From an uncultured Clostridia bacterium (GTDB taxonomy: Bacteria; Bacillota; Clostridia; Oscillospirales; Oscillospiraceae): a DNA stretch of 58,333 nt. The notes below the pieces were generated by a model, which was given only the letters and a program-made list of their open reading frames with translations, was not told where the DNA came from and did not search any database. How positions within the stretch are numbered: the stretch's first letter is position 1; every line of letters starts with the position of its first letter. The stretch spans positions 1 to 58,333 of the forward strand of contig CAMJPK010000001.1 of the NCBI GenBank assembly GCA_946407675.1, in the 5' to 3' direction. Below, one piece after another: positions 34,963-43,852 of this stretch. The position numbers and the translations under genes are program-made.

Positions 34963-35244
34963 ATGGAAAAGGAAGAGGGCATCTACGTCGATATCACCGA
35001 CGAGGAGGGCAACAACTTCAAGCTGGAGGTCGTCGGAGAGGTGGAGTATGAGGATGCGCTTTACCGCGTCTTTCTCCCCACCGACATGGAGGAGGACGAT
35101 CCGGATTACGGCTTCATTATCCTGAAATGCACCGAGGTCGACGGCGAGGAAATGCTCGACAGCGTCGACGATGAGGAGCTTCTGGAGAAGGTCTACGCCG
35201 TTTTCATGGAGGAGCTCTTTGACGAGGAGGACGAGGAGGAATAA
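34963..35244 (+). CDS. DUF1292-family protein
   Basis: 93 aa, acidic. DEEGNNFKLEVVGEVEYEDALYRVFLP...GFIILK pattern is typical of DUF1292. RBS aggagg. Confidence 0.85.
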   Translation: MEKEEGIYVDITDEEGNNFKLEVVGEVEYEDALYRVFLPTDMEEDDPDYGFIILKCTEVDGEEMLDSVDDEELLEKVYAVFMEELFDEEDEEE

Positions 35245-35271
35245 TCCCCGCCGTTGTGCATAGAATAATTG

Positions 35272-35474
35272 AATGACTGCGATGTTCGTGGAAACAGGCT
35301 TCGTATGGACCTACAGGAATTATAAGGGACGCCGATTGCTCTCGCCGTGAATTGCAGGCCTCCCGCGCCCGGCTTTGACCGTGCGCGGACGTTGGAAGCA
35401 GAGAAGCGGCAAGGAGGCGACCCACCTGCAATTACGCAGGTTATCATGGAGCCCCACGGCATCGCGGTTTTTTT
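35272..35474 (+). ncRNA. Candidate ~200-nt structured small RNA (rod-like, 6S-RNA-like architecture; identity unproven)
   Basis: No plausible ORF. Upstream -10-like TAGAAT at 35261-35266. 14-bp closing helix 35277-35291 / 35454-35467 with one bulge. Second helix ggcttc (35297-35302) / ggagcc (35448-35453). Apical helix gaattgcagg+cctcc (35349-35363) / ggagg (35413-35417)...cctgcaatt (35425-35433). Inner hairpin 35364-35387. Purine-rich unpaired stretch about 35388-35412. U7 tract 35468-35474. Confidence 0.4.
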
Positions 35475-35513
35475 ATCGCAGCGAGGCCTGCTGATGCAGG
35501 CCGCGCTGCGATA
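35474..35513 (+). terminator. Very strong hairpin directly after the sRNA candidate (second, tandem terminator)
   Basis: 17 bp in two blocks: tatcgcagcg / cgctgcgata and ggcctgc / gcaggcc, loop tgat, followed by atTTg. Confidence 0.6.
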
Positions 35514-35541
35514 ATTTGTCATAGCTTTCCTGCGCGGCGTA

Positions 35542-35550
35542 TGCTACAAT
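35542..35550 (+). promoter_or_regulatory. Extended -10 promoter element placed for leaderless expression of hemZ
   Basis: TGcTACAAT at 35542-35550. The hemZ ATG (35557) begins 7 nt after the hexamer, and there is no SD sequence in between. Confidence 0.45.
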
Positions 35551-35556
35551 AGCGAC

Positions 35557-37041
35557 ATGGAACTTTTTTTGATCGGACATACCTACCGCTACGCGGTGGA
35601 ACAGATCATGCTGATGCTCTTTCCGGAGGAGCGCCCGACCTATCCGGCGCGTCCTTCCGGCGCGCTGCGCGCCCGGGTGACGCTGCGCGAGGGCGCGCAA
35701 TGGCTCACGGCGGAGACGGCGATCACCGCGCCCGACGGCCGCAGCTTCTGCGGCGTATCGCGCGTCCGCCTGGCCGACCTTGGCAGCGGACTGCAGGCCG
35801 AGCGGCTGCGCCAGCGCGCCGTCAAGCAGAGCTTTTACCGCGCCGCCGTCCGCTTTCACGGCGAAAAGCCGGTCTGGGGCGCGCTGAGCGGCATCCGCCC
35901 GGCGCTGCTGATGCGGCGGCTCATGGACGAGGGGCCGGACAGCGACGCGCATGCGCTGCGCCGCTTCATCGCGCTGTACGACGTGTCCCCGGAGCGGGCT
36001 GCGCTCACGCTGGACGCCGCCCGCGCCGCCCGCGAAGCGCAGCGGACGCTCGCACCGGAGGACGTCATGCTCTATGTCGGCGTGCCGTTTTGTCCCACCC
36101 GCTGCGCCTACTGCTCCTTTGTGAGCCAGTCGGTCGAAAAGAGCATGAAGCTGATCCCGGACTTCGTCGCGGCGCTGGAACAGGACATCCGCGCCACGGC
36201 GGACGCCGCGCGCGCAGCGCGCCGCCGCGTCCGCGCGGTCTATTTCGGCGGCGGCACGCCCACGACGCTTTCCGCTGCGCAGCTGGACGCCGTGCTGACG
36301 CTGCTGGAGGACTGCTTCGACCTGTCTGAGTGCGCCGAGCTGACTGTCGAGGCCGGGCGGCCCGACACGATCACGCGGGAGAAGCTGGAGGCGCTGCGCG
36401 CCCACGGCGTCACGCGCGTGAGCGTCAACCCGCAGACGATGTCCGACCGCGTGCTGGAGGCCATCGGCCGCAGGCACACGGCCGAGGACGTCCTGCGCGC
36501 GCTGGAGCTTGTGCGCGCCGTCGGCGGGTTTGCGGTGAACATGGACCTGATCGCCGGGCTGCCGGAGGACGACACGGTGGGCTTCGCGCACACGCTGGAC
36601 ACCGTGCTGTCCCTCGGCGCCGAGAACGTCACGGTGCACACGCTGGCGCTGAAGAAGGGCTCGCGCATTTTGCTGGAGGGCACGCGCCTGCCCGACGCGG
36701 CGGCGGTGGGGGAGATGCTGGCATACGCCGCGGCGCGCCTGCGCGAAGGCGGCTACGCCCCGTACTACCTCTACCGGCAAAAGTTCATGTCCGGCGGCTT
36801 TGAAAACGTCGGCTGGTGCCGCCCCGGCACGGAGAACCTCTACAACATCTGCATCATGGAGGAGCTGTGCAGCATCCTCGCCATGGGCGCGGGCGCGTCC
36901 ACGAAGCTGGCCGACGGCAAAGGCCTGCTCAAGCGCGTCTTTGCGCCGAAATATGCCAAGGAATACATCGACGGCATCGAGGCCGTCTGCGCGGACAAGC
37001 GCCGCATAACGGAGTTTTTTCAAGGAGAGAACATACCATGA
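35557..37041 (+). CDS. hemZ: Radical SAM coproporphyrinogen-dehydrogenase-like protein HemZ
   Basis: HemZ-type N-terminal domain (MELFLIGHTYRYAVEQIMLMLF) and radical SAM cluster CPTRCAYCSF. No SD sequence; the ATG sits 6 nt after an extended -10 element. Confidence 0.88.
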   Translation: MELFLIGHTYRYAVEQIMLMLFPEERPTYPARPSGALRARVTLREGAQWLTAETAITAPDGRSFCGVSRVRLADLGSGLQAERLRQRAVKQSFYRAAVRFHGEKPVWGALSGIRPALLMRRLMDEGPDSDAHALRRFIALYDVSPERAALTLDAARAAREAQRTLAPEDVMLYVGVPFCPTRCAYCSFVSQSVEKSMKLIPDFVAALEQDIRATADAARAARRRVRAVYFGGGTPTTLSAAQLDAVLTLLEDCFDLSECAELTVEAGRPDTITREKLEALRAHGVTRVSVNPQTMSDRVLEAIGRRHTAEDVLRALELVRAVGGFAVNMDLIAGLPEDDTVGFAHTLDTVLSLGAENVTVHTLALKKGSRILLEGTRLPDAAAVGEMLAYAAARLREGGYAPYYLYRQKFMSGGFENVGWCRPGTENLYNICIMEELCSILAMGAGASTKLADGKGLLKRVFAPKYAKEYIDGIEAVCADKRRITEFFQGENIP

Positions 37042-37973
37042 GCTATTCTCTGACTGACATCAATTACCGCACCGTTGCGGACCCGAAGGCTTTCCTTGCG
37101 GAGAGCGACGCGGCCTACAACACAAAGGTGGAAACCGCGGCGGAAAAGATCATTGCGAATCTCAGCCGCAGCCCCATCGTGCTGCTCTCCGGGCCGTCCG
37201 GCTCCGGCAAGACCACGACCGCGATGAAGATCGCGGACGCGCTGGAGCGCCGCGGCGTGGGCACGCACTACGTCGCGATGGACGACTATTTCAAGACCGT
37301 CACGCCCGAGACCGTGCCGCGCACGCCGGAGGGCGAGATGGACCTCGAATCCCCGCTGTGCCTCGACATGGACCTGCTCAACCGCCACTTCGACATGCTC
37401 GCGCGCGGCGAGCGCATCTATGTGCCGAAGTATGAGTTCGTCCGGCAGATGCGCGTGCAGGAGCCGGGCAAGTCCATCCGCCTGCACAAGGACGAGGTCG
37501 TGGTCTTCGAGGGCATCCACGCGCTCAACGACATGATCACCGACGTCCACCCCGAGGCCTTCAAGCTCTACATCAGCGCCCGCAGCGACGTGGTGTTCGA
37601 GGACAAGATCGTGTTCAAGCGCACGTGGTTCCGTCTCGTGCGGCGCATGGTGCGCGACCACAACTTCCGCGGCAGCGACCCGCAGGACACGATGCGCATG
37701 TGGGGCAACGTCCGCCGGGGCGAGATCGCCTACATCTCACCGTTCAAGGACAAGGCGGATTACCAGTTTGATTCCTCCTTCCCCTATGAGATGTGCGTGT
37801 TCAACAACACGGCAACGCGGCTGTTCCAGTCCGTGCCCGCCGGGATCGAGCGCTTTGAGGAGCTGCGGCGGGTGCTTCCGGCGCTGCAGCTTTTCGGCGT
37901 GATATCGAAGGATCTGGTCGCGCCGGACGCGCTGATCCGGGAATTCATCGGCGGCGGGATCTACGAATACTAA
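37038..37973 (+). CDS. Uridine kinase / phosphoribulokinase-family P-loop nucleoside kinase-like protein
   Basis: P-loop LLSGPSGSGKTT; VVFEGIHAL. The ATG overlaps the hemZ TGA (ATGA at 37038-37041). Confidence 0.8.
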   Translation: MSYSLTDINYRTVADPKAFLAESDAAYNTKVETAAEKIIANLSRSPIVLLSGPSGSGKTTTAMKIADALERRGVGTHYVAMDDYFKTVTPETVPRTPEGEMDLESPLCLDMDLLNRHFDMLARGERIYVPKYEFVRQMRVQEPGKSIRLHKDEVVVFEGIHALNDMITDVHPEAFKLYISARSDVVFEDKIVFKRTWFRLVRRMVRDHNFRGSDPQDTMRMWGNVRRGEIAYISPFKDKADYQFDSSFPYEMCVFNNTATRLFQSVPAGIERFEELRRVLPALQLFGVISKDLVAPDALIREFIGGGIYEY

Positions 37974-37979
37974 AAACAC

Positions 37980-38008
37980 TTGCGAAAGTCGCCGAAGGAG
38001 CATATAAT
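37980..38008 (+). promoter_or_regulatory. Sigma-A-type promoter candidate for the SGNH lipoprotein gene
   Basis: TTGCGA, exactly 17 nt, TATAAT. Confidence 0.6.
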
Positions 38009-38045
38009 GGCGGCATATTGAGACAAACGACAGGACATACGGCTT

Positions 38046-38930
38046 ATGCGCGGTCTGCTCCGTAAAAACAGAATATGGATCGCCCTTGCGCTGGCGGCGC
38101 TGCTGCTGGCCGGCTGCGGACAGACGACCCCCGCGCCGACGCCGACGCCGGAACCGACGCCCGCGCCGACCCCGACACCGACGCCGACGCCTGCGCCGAC
38201 CCCGACGCCGACGCCCGCGCCCGTCTCGGCCTCCGCCTCCGACCTGCCGAAGACGCCGCCCCCGGCCTCCGCCTCGGACGTCGCGCCCGTCCCCTCCGCG
38301 GAGCCCACGCCGGAGCCCACGCCGCCGCCCGGGCCCGCGGACGACAGCTACTTTGCCGACGCGGCTTTTCTGGGCAATTCCCTGATGGAGGGCCTGCATC
38401 TCTTCGGCGGCCTGAAATACGGCGATTTCTATTCCGGCACCAGCGCCAGCGTGGTCAGCGTCAGCGCGGTCAAGGACTGCAAGGATAAGTACGGCGCGCC
38501 GTCCACGATGCTGCACGCGCTTCTGGAGAAGCAGTATCGGAAGATTTTCGTCCTGTTCGGCATCAATGAGCTCGGCTTCCAGAAGGACGCCTTCATCGAC
38601 ATCTACGCCGAGCTGCTCGGCGACATCGCGGCGGGCGAGCCGGACGCGGAAATCTACGTCTTCTCGCTGACGCCCATCACGCAAAAGCGCTCGGACGCGG
38701 AGGAGCTCTTTACGCGCGCGCGCATCGAAGCGTTCAACGAGGCCATCGCGCAGATGGCGGAGAACGGCGGCTGGCACTATATGGACCTCTATACGGCGAT
38801 GGCCGACGAGGACGGCTGGCTCCCGGAGGCCGACGCCTCGCAGGACGGCATCCACTTCAACGGCCCGAAGTATGCGCAGTGGGTGGACTTCCTGAAAACC
38901 TATCCCTACGGCAGCTATCCCGCCGGTTGA
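38046..38930 (+). CDS. SGNH/GDSL-like hydrolase lipoprotein with Pro/Thr-rich linker
   Basis: Lipobox LLLAGC and (T/A/E)P repeat linker. Block I FLGNSLMEG, GINE, and C-terminal DGIHF (catalytic Asp/His context). Confidence 0.82.
   Translation: MRGLLRKNRIWIALALAALLLAGCGQTTPAPTPTPEPTPAPTPTPTPTPAPTPTPTPAPVSASASDLPKTPPPASASDVAPVPSAEPTPEPTPPPGPADDSYFADAAFLGNSLMEGLHLFGGLKYGDFYSGTSASVVSVSAVKDCKDKYGAPSTMLHALLEKQYRKIFVLFGINELGFQKDAFIDIYAELLGDIAAGEPDAEIYVFSLTPITQKRSDAEELFTRARIEAFNEAIAQMAENGGWHYMDLYTAMADEDGWLPEADASQDGIHFNGPKYAQWVDFLKTYPYGSYPAG
38128..38222 (+). repeat. In-frame Pro/Thr/Ala-rich low-complexity repeat (linker of the SGNH lipoprotein)
   Basis: Encodes PAPTPTPEPTPAPTPTPTPTPAPTPTPTPAP; ccgacg/ccgacc units. 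Confidence 0.9.
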
Positions 38931-38996
38931 CCGCCGAATCGGAATAAAAAATGAAAATCTCTCCGATACTACCAGAAAGATCGGAGGGATTTCTTT

Positions 38997-39236
38997 ATGC
39001 ATGGCAACCGACTGAAAAAGTGGGAGATCGCGCTCATCTGTGCCGTCGCGGTGACGGCGCTGTGGTCCTGTGTGCTCGGGCGGACGGACTGCTGCGCGTG
39101 GTGGGGGACGATCTACCCGGAGCTGACGCCCGCCGCGCCCTACGCGCAGGCCGCCGCCGGCGCGGACGGCGTCGTGCTGCGCTTCCGGGTTCTGGAGTGG
39201 CTCGACGCCTGCCTTGCCGCGCTCGGCCTGAAATAA
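38997..39236 (+). CDS. Hypothetical small membrane protein (79 aa)
   Basis: RBS ggaggg 8 nt upstream and one TM segment (WEIALICAVAVTALWSCVL). No family recognised. Confidence 0.5.
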   Translation: MHGNRLKKWEIALICAVAVTALWSCVLGRTDCCAWWGTIYPELTPAAPYAQAAAGADGVVLRFRVLEWLDACLAALGLK

Positions 39237-39240
39237 CTTG

Positions 39241-39271
39241 ACACAGCCCCCGCCGTCGGCGGGGGCTGTGT
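39241..39271. terminator. Bidirectional hairpin between convergent genes (small ORF / pyc)
   Basis: 14-bp perfect stem acacagcccccgcc / ggcgggggctgtgt, loop gtc. Confidence 0.7.
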
Positions 39272-39283
39272 CTGTGTAAATAC

Positions 39284-42200
39284 TTATTCGATGACGAGCA
39301 GAAGCTCCTTGGCCTTGACCACCTGTCCGGCGGCGACGCAGACCTCCTTGACCCTGCCGGCCTTCGGCGCGGTGACCGAGGTCTCCATCTTCATCGCCTC
39401 GATGATCGCGACGACCTGGTTTTCCTCCACTTCGTCGCCGACCTTGACGCTGACGGAGCTGACCAGACCGGGGATGGAAGCGCCGATCTCGCCGGGCTCG
39501 CTCTCGTCGGCCAGACGCGCCTGACGGCCCTTCTCGACCGCGTTCGGGTCCTTGACCGCGACCTCGCGGCGCATGCCGTTGAGCTCGAACTGGACGTTGC
39601 GCGTGCCGTCCTCGTTGTAGTCGCCGAGGCCGAGGTACTTGATGACGAGCGTCTTACCGTCCTCGATGTTGATCTTGTTCGTCTCGCCGAGGGCCATGCC
39701 GTTGAAGAAGACGTGGCTGCCCATGCGCATGATGTAGCCGTACTCCTTGCGGTGGGTGATGAACTCCTCGTACACCTTCGGGTACATGGCGTAGGAGATG
39801 ATGTCCTTCATCTCCGGCTCGCTGTCGCGGATCTTGCGCAGCTCGGCGCGCAGCGCCTCGAAGTCCGTCGGCGGCAGAAGCGCGCCGGGGCGGCAGGTGA
39901 TGGGCTCCTCGCCCTTGAGGACGACCTTCTGGATGTCCTCCGGGAAGCCGCAGGGCGGCTGGCCCATCATGCCCTTGAAGTAGCTCACAACGCTGTCGGG
40001 GAAGGCGAGCGTCTTGCCGCGCTCGACGATGTTCTCCGGCGTGAGGTCGTTTTGCACCATGAAGATCGCGAGGTCGCCCACGACCTTGCTGCTGGGCGTG
40101 ACCTTGATGACGTCGCCGAGCATGTCGTTGACGGTCTTGTACATCTCGCGCACCTCGTCAAAGCGGCTGGCGAGGCCGAGGGAGGCCACCTGCGGCTGCA
40201 GGTTCGTGTACTGGCCGCCGGGGATCTCGAAGCGGTAGATGTCCGTCGTGGTCGTCTTGAGGCCCTTGTCGAAGGTCTCATAGCGCAGGCGCACGTCGGC
40301 GTAGTAATCGCTGAGCTCCTGCAGGCGGACCGGGTCGATGCCGGTATCGCGCTCGGTGCCCTTGAGGGCGGTGACGACGGCGTTCATGCTCGGCTGGCTC
40401 GTGAGGCCGGACATGCTGGAGATCGCGGTATCGACGATGTCGACGCCCGCCTCCGCCGCCATGAGGATCGCGGCGACCTGGTTGCCGGTGGTGTCGTGGG
40501 TGTGGAAGTGGATCGGGATGCCGATCTCCTGCTTGAGCGTGGCGATGAGCTTTTTCGCGGCGTAGGGCTTGAGCAGGCCGGACATGTCCTTGATCGCCAG
40601 CAGGTGCGCCCCGCGCTTTTCAAGCTCCTTGGCGAGGTTGACGTAGTATTCCAGCGTGTAGCGGTCGCGCTTCGGGTCCATGATGTCGCCGGTGTAGCAC
40701 ATCGTGGCCTCCAGCAGCTTGCCCTGCTTCAAAACCTCGTCCATGGCGATCTCCATGGCCGGGATCCAGTTGAGCGAATCGAACACGCGGAACACGTCGA
40801 TGCCGCGCTTGGCGCTCTCCGCGACGAAGGCGCGCACGAGGTTGTCCGGGTAGTTGGCGTAGCCGACGAGGTTGCCGCCGCGCAAAAGCATCTGGAACGG
40901 GATGTTCGGGATCAGCTCGCGCAGCTTCGTCAGGCGCTCCCACGGGGATTCGTGCAGGAAGCGGTAGGCCACGTCGAAGGTGGCGCCGCCCCACATCTCC
41001 AGCGAGAAGCAGTCGCGCAGGATGTCCGCCGTGCCCTCCGCGCCCTTGAGCATGTCGCGCGAGCGCATGCGCGTGCTCAGCAGGGACTGGTGCGCGTCGC
41101 GCATCGTGGTGTCGGTGATCAGCAGCTTCTTCTGGTCGAGGACCCACTGCTTGACCGCGTCGGGGCCCTTCTCGTCGAGCATCTGCTTGAGGCCCGGCGT
41201 CAGCGGCGCCTTCGCCTGCGGGAAGCGCGGCGTGTCGTACTGGTGGCGCTCGGCGTTGGGGTTGGCCACCTGGATCTGCGCGATGTACTTCAGCACGCGC
41301 GTGGCGCGGTCGCGGCTGTCGGTGATTTCAAAGAGCTCGGGCGTTTCGTCGATGAACTTCGTGTGGCACTTGCCGGCGATGAAGGCCGGGTGCGTCAGGA
41401 TGTTGGTGACGAAGGGGATGTTCGTTTTCACGCCGCGGACGTGCACCTCGTTGATCGCGCGCACGGCCTTGCGGCAAACGGCGGGGAAGGTGCAGTCCCA
41501 GCTCGTGACCTTGACGAGCAGGGAATCGTAATACGGGGAGATGACCGTGCCGGTGGAGGCGTTGCCGCCGTCAAGACGCACGCCGAAGCCGCCGCCGGAG
41601 CGGTAGGCCGTGATGCGGCCGTTGTCCGGCGCAAAGTTGTTGGCCGGGTCCTCGGTGGTGACGCGGCACTGTATAGCGTAGCCGTTGATGTGCACGTCGT
41701 CCTGGCTTTTCAGGCCGATCTCGGGATAGTCCAGCGATTTGCCCTGCGCCACGAGGATCTGCGCGCGGACGATGTCGATGCCCGTGACCATCTCGGTGAC
41801 GGTGTGCTCTACCTGGATGCGCGGGTTCATCTCGATGAAGTAGTGCTGCCCGCTGCGCTGGTCGACGAGGAACTCCACCGTGCCGGCGCTGACGTACCCC
41901 ACCTGCTTGGCGATCTTGACCGCATCTTCCCGCAGGGCCTTGACCGTGGCCTCCGGCACGCTCCACGCCGGGGCGTACTCGACGACCTTCTGGTAGCGGC
42001 GCTGCAGCGAGCAGTCGCGCTCGCCGAGGTGGTAGACGTGGCCGTGCTTGTCGGCGAGGATCTGCACCTCAATGTGCTTGGGCTCGACAAGGTATTTTTC
42101 GATGAAGATATCGCCGCAGCCGAAGCTCTTCTCGGCCTCGGAGTGCACGAGGTCGTAGGCGGGCTTGACCTCCTCCGGCGTGTCGCAGCGGCGCATGCCG

Positions 42201-42712
42201 CGCCCGCCGCCGCCGGCGGCGGCCTTCAGAATGATCGGGAAGCCGAAGGAGATCGCCTTCTCCAGCGCCTCGTCGCCGTCTTTGAGCGGCTCGGTGCAGC
42301 CGGGGACGGTGGGGACGTTGCAGGCCTTCGCGATCTCCTTGGCGGAGAGCTTGTCGCCCATCTTGCCCAGCACGTCGCTGGGCGGGCCGATGAAGGTGAT
42401 GCCGTTGTCCTCGCAGGCCTTGGCAAAGGCGGGGTTCTCCGAGAGAAAGCCGTAACCGGGGTGGATGTAAGAAACGCCGCGGCGCTTGGCCAGGTCGATG
42501 ATGCCCGGGATGTCCAGATAGGCGCCGAGGGGCGTCTTGCCCTCGCCGATCAGATAGGCTTCGTCGGCGCGGGTGCGGAAGAGGGAATAGGTGTCCTCCG
42601 CGCTGTACATCGCAACGGTGTGCAGCCCGAGGTCATAGCAGGCGCGGAAAATGCGGATGGCGATCTCGCCGCGGTTGGCGACGAGCACTTTTTCGATCTT
42701 TTGCTCCGGCAT
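39284..42712 (-). CDS. pyc: Pyruvate carboxylase
   Basis: Biotin carboxylase domain (KVLVANRGEIAIR), carboxyltransferase domain (DTTMRDAHQS), C-terminal biotinyl domain (EAMKME). ATG at 42712 is preferred (GAGGTG 7 nt upstream) over the GTG at 42718. Confidence 0.97.
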   Translation of the reverse strand: MPEQKIEKVLVANRGEIAIRIFRACYDLGLHTVAMYSAEDTYSLFRTRADEAYLIGEGKTPLGAYLDIPGIIDLAKRRGVSYIHPGYGFLSENPAFAKACEDNGITFIGPPSDVLGKMGDKLSAKEIAKACNVPTVPGCTEPLKDGDEALEKAISFGFPIILKAAAGGGGRGMRRCDTPEEVKPAYDLVHSEAEKSFGCGDIFIEKYLVEPKHIEVQILADKHGHVYHLGERDCSLQRRYQKVVEYAPAWSVPEATVKALREDAVKIAKQVGYVSAGTVEFLVDQRSGQHYFIEMNPRIQVEHTVTEMVTGIDIVRAQILVAQGKSLDYPEIGLKSQDDVHINGYAIQCRVTTEDPANNFAPDNGRITAYRSGGGFGVRLDGGNASTGTVISPYYDSLLVKVTSWDCTFPAVCRKAVRAINEVHVRGVKTNIPFVTNILTHPAFIAGKCHTKFIDETPELFEITDSRDRATRVLKYIAQIQVANPNAERHQYDTPRFPQAKAPLTPGLKQMLDEKGPDAVKQWVLDQKKLLITDTTMRDAHQSLLSTRMRSRDMLKGAEGTADILRDCFSLEMWGGATFDVAYRFLHESPWERLTKLRELIPNIPFQMLLRGGNLVGYANYPDNLVRAFVAESAKRGIDVFRVFDSLNWIPAMEIAMDEVLKQGKLLEATMCYTGDIMDPKRDRYTLEYYVNLAKELEKRGAHLLAIKDMSGLLKPYAAKKLIATLKQEIGIPIHFHTHDTTGNQVAAILMAAEAGVDIVDTAISSMSGLTSQPSMNAVVTALKGTERDTGIDPVRLQELSDYYADVRLRYETFDKGLKTTTTDIYRFEIPGGQYTNLQPQVASLGLASRFDEVREMYKTVNDMLGDVIKVTPSSKVVGDLAIFMVQNDLTPENIVERGKTLAFPDSVVSYFKGMMGQPPCGFPEDIQKVVLKGEEPITCRPGALLPPTDFEALRAELRKIRDSEPEMKDIISYAMYPKVYEEFITHRKEYGYIMRMGSHVFFNGMALGETNKINIEDGKTLVIKYLGLGDYNEDGTRNVQFELNGMRREVAVKDPNAVEKGRQARLADESEPGEIGASIPGLVSSVSVKVGDEVEENQVVAIIEAMKMETSVTAPKAGRVKEVCVAAGQVVKAKELLLVIE

Positions 42713-42876
42713 GGTCACTCACCTCAAAAATTCATTTATTCAAATGGCGCGCTGTGTATATTCCTCTAATTATATAATTATACCGCATCGGCTGGAAAAA
42801 ACAAGCGTGATTCTGCCCGAAAAAGGCAAATGAAAACAGGCCTTCCTGACGGAACGCCTGTTTGGTGTCGCACATC

Positions 42877-43767
42877 TTATTTCCGCTTTTTCCGCAGCGC
42901 CGCCGCGAGCACCGCCGCCGCGACGACCACGACGCCGCCCGCGCCCGCCGCGAGGTAGGGCCCGCTGCCGCGATTGTCCTTTGCCGCCTGCTGCAGCGTC
43001 GCATCGTCCGCCGCCGGCGTGAGCGCGACGGTCTTGCCCGCGGGCGCGGACGTCTCCGCCGGCGCGGGTGCCTCCGTCGGCTCCGGCGTCGCCTGCGCGC
43101 TTGTCGCAACCGTCACGCAGTTTTCGTCCGGCGGCAGCGCGCCGTTGTACGGATCGTCGATGCAGACCCAGCAGTTGCGGATGCCATAGAAGTAGCCGAT
43201 CTCGCCCCATGTCCGGCCCGCCGGGTCGGTGAACAGCGGGGAGAGGTTCAGCACCATGCCGTCGTCCCACCAGCCGTCCGCGATCTCCTCCGTGACCTCG
43301 CCGCTGCCGGGATACTTGTAGCAATAGAGCGTCCTGGCCTTGTCCAGGGCCAGCTCGGCGGTCTCGTCGCGCAGCGCGGACGCGTGGTCGGCGTGGAAGC
43401 TTGCGTTGTCATAGTCCGCGACCATCTCGTCCATGTCCACCCAGCCGGAGACGCTGCCGTTGACCAAGGCGTTTTCCAGCGTGTCGGGGTCATACTCCAG
43501 CACGCCCCATTTGTTCTGGTAGACGTTGCTGATGTAGTACTTCCCGCCGTTGGGCAGCGGCGTCGCATCCTTGGAATCCGGCGTATTGTGGGCGAGGACA
43601 TAGCCGTCTGATCCGTTGGTCCAGAACCAGCGGTTCATATAGCTGCACTCGTCCCAGTGCTTTTCGATGAAGTTGTCCCGCGGCAGATAGGCGATGTCCG
43701 CGGCGGCGGGCAGCGCCAGCGCGCACAGCGCCGCGGCGAGCAGCAGGAAGGTAAAAATCCGTTTCAT
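42877..43767 (-). CDS. Hypothetical exported protein with C-terminal membrane anchor
   Basis: Signal peptide MKRIFTFLLLAAALCALALPAAA, Trp/Asp/Tyr-rich ectodomain, Ala/Thr/Pro linker, C-terminal TM plus KKRK stop-transfer. RBS aggagg. Confidence 0.75.
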   Translation of the reverse strand: MKRIFTFLLLAAALCALALPAAADIAYLPRDNFIEKHWDECSYMNRWFWTNGSDGYVLAHNTPDSKDATPLPNGGKYYISNVYQNKWGVLEYDPDTLENALVNGSVSGWVDMDEMVADYDNASFHADHASALRDETAELALDKARTLYCYKYPGSGEVTEEIADGWWDDGMVLNLSPLFTDPAGRTWGEIGYFYGIRNCWVCIDDPYNGALPPDENCVTVATSAQATPEPTEAPAPAETSAPAGKTVALTPAADDATLQQAAKDNRGSGPYLAAGAGGVVVVAAAVLAAALRKKRK

Positions 43768-43852
43768 GGGAGCGACCTCCTTTTGTATGACATCATTAGC
43801 CGTTTGCGAAAGTCCAAAAGACTTCCCAAAAACGTAAACTCAGCCCAATCAA

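Noticed and set aside
35557-37041. HemZ as the missing activating enzyme for the glycyl radical enzymes.
   Set aside because: It has the HemN/HemZ-type architecture: a long N-terminal HemZ domain and a single CxxxCxxC. It lacks the short N-terminal cluster plus ferredoxin-like insert of GRE activases, and it lies 27 kb from the GRE genes.
38128-38222. Short tandem GC-rich repeats that superficially resemble a repeat array (also 4605-4703).
   Set aside because: They are in frame inside lipoprotein genes and encode PT-rich and KTE-rich linkers. There is no spacer/repeat periodicity of CRISPR size, and no cas genes occur anywhere in the window.
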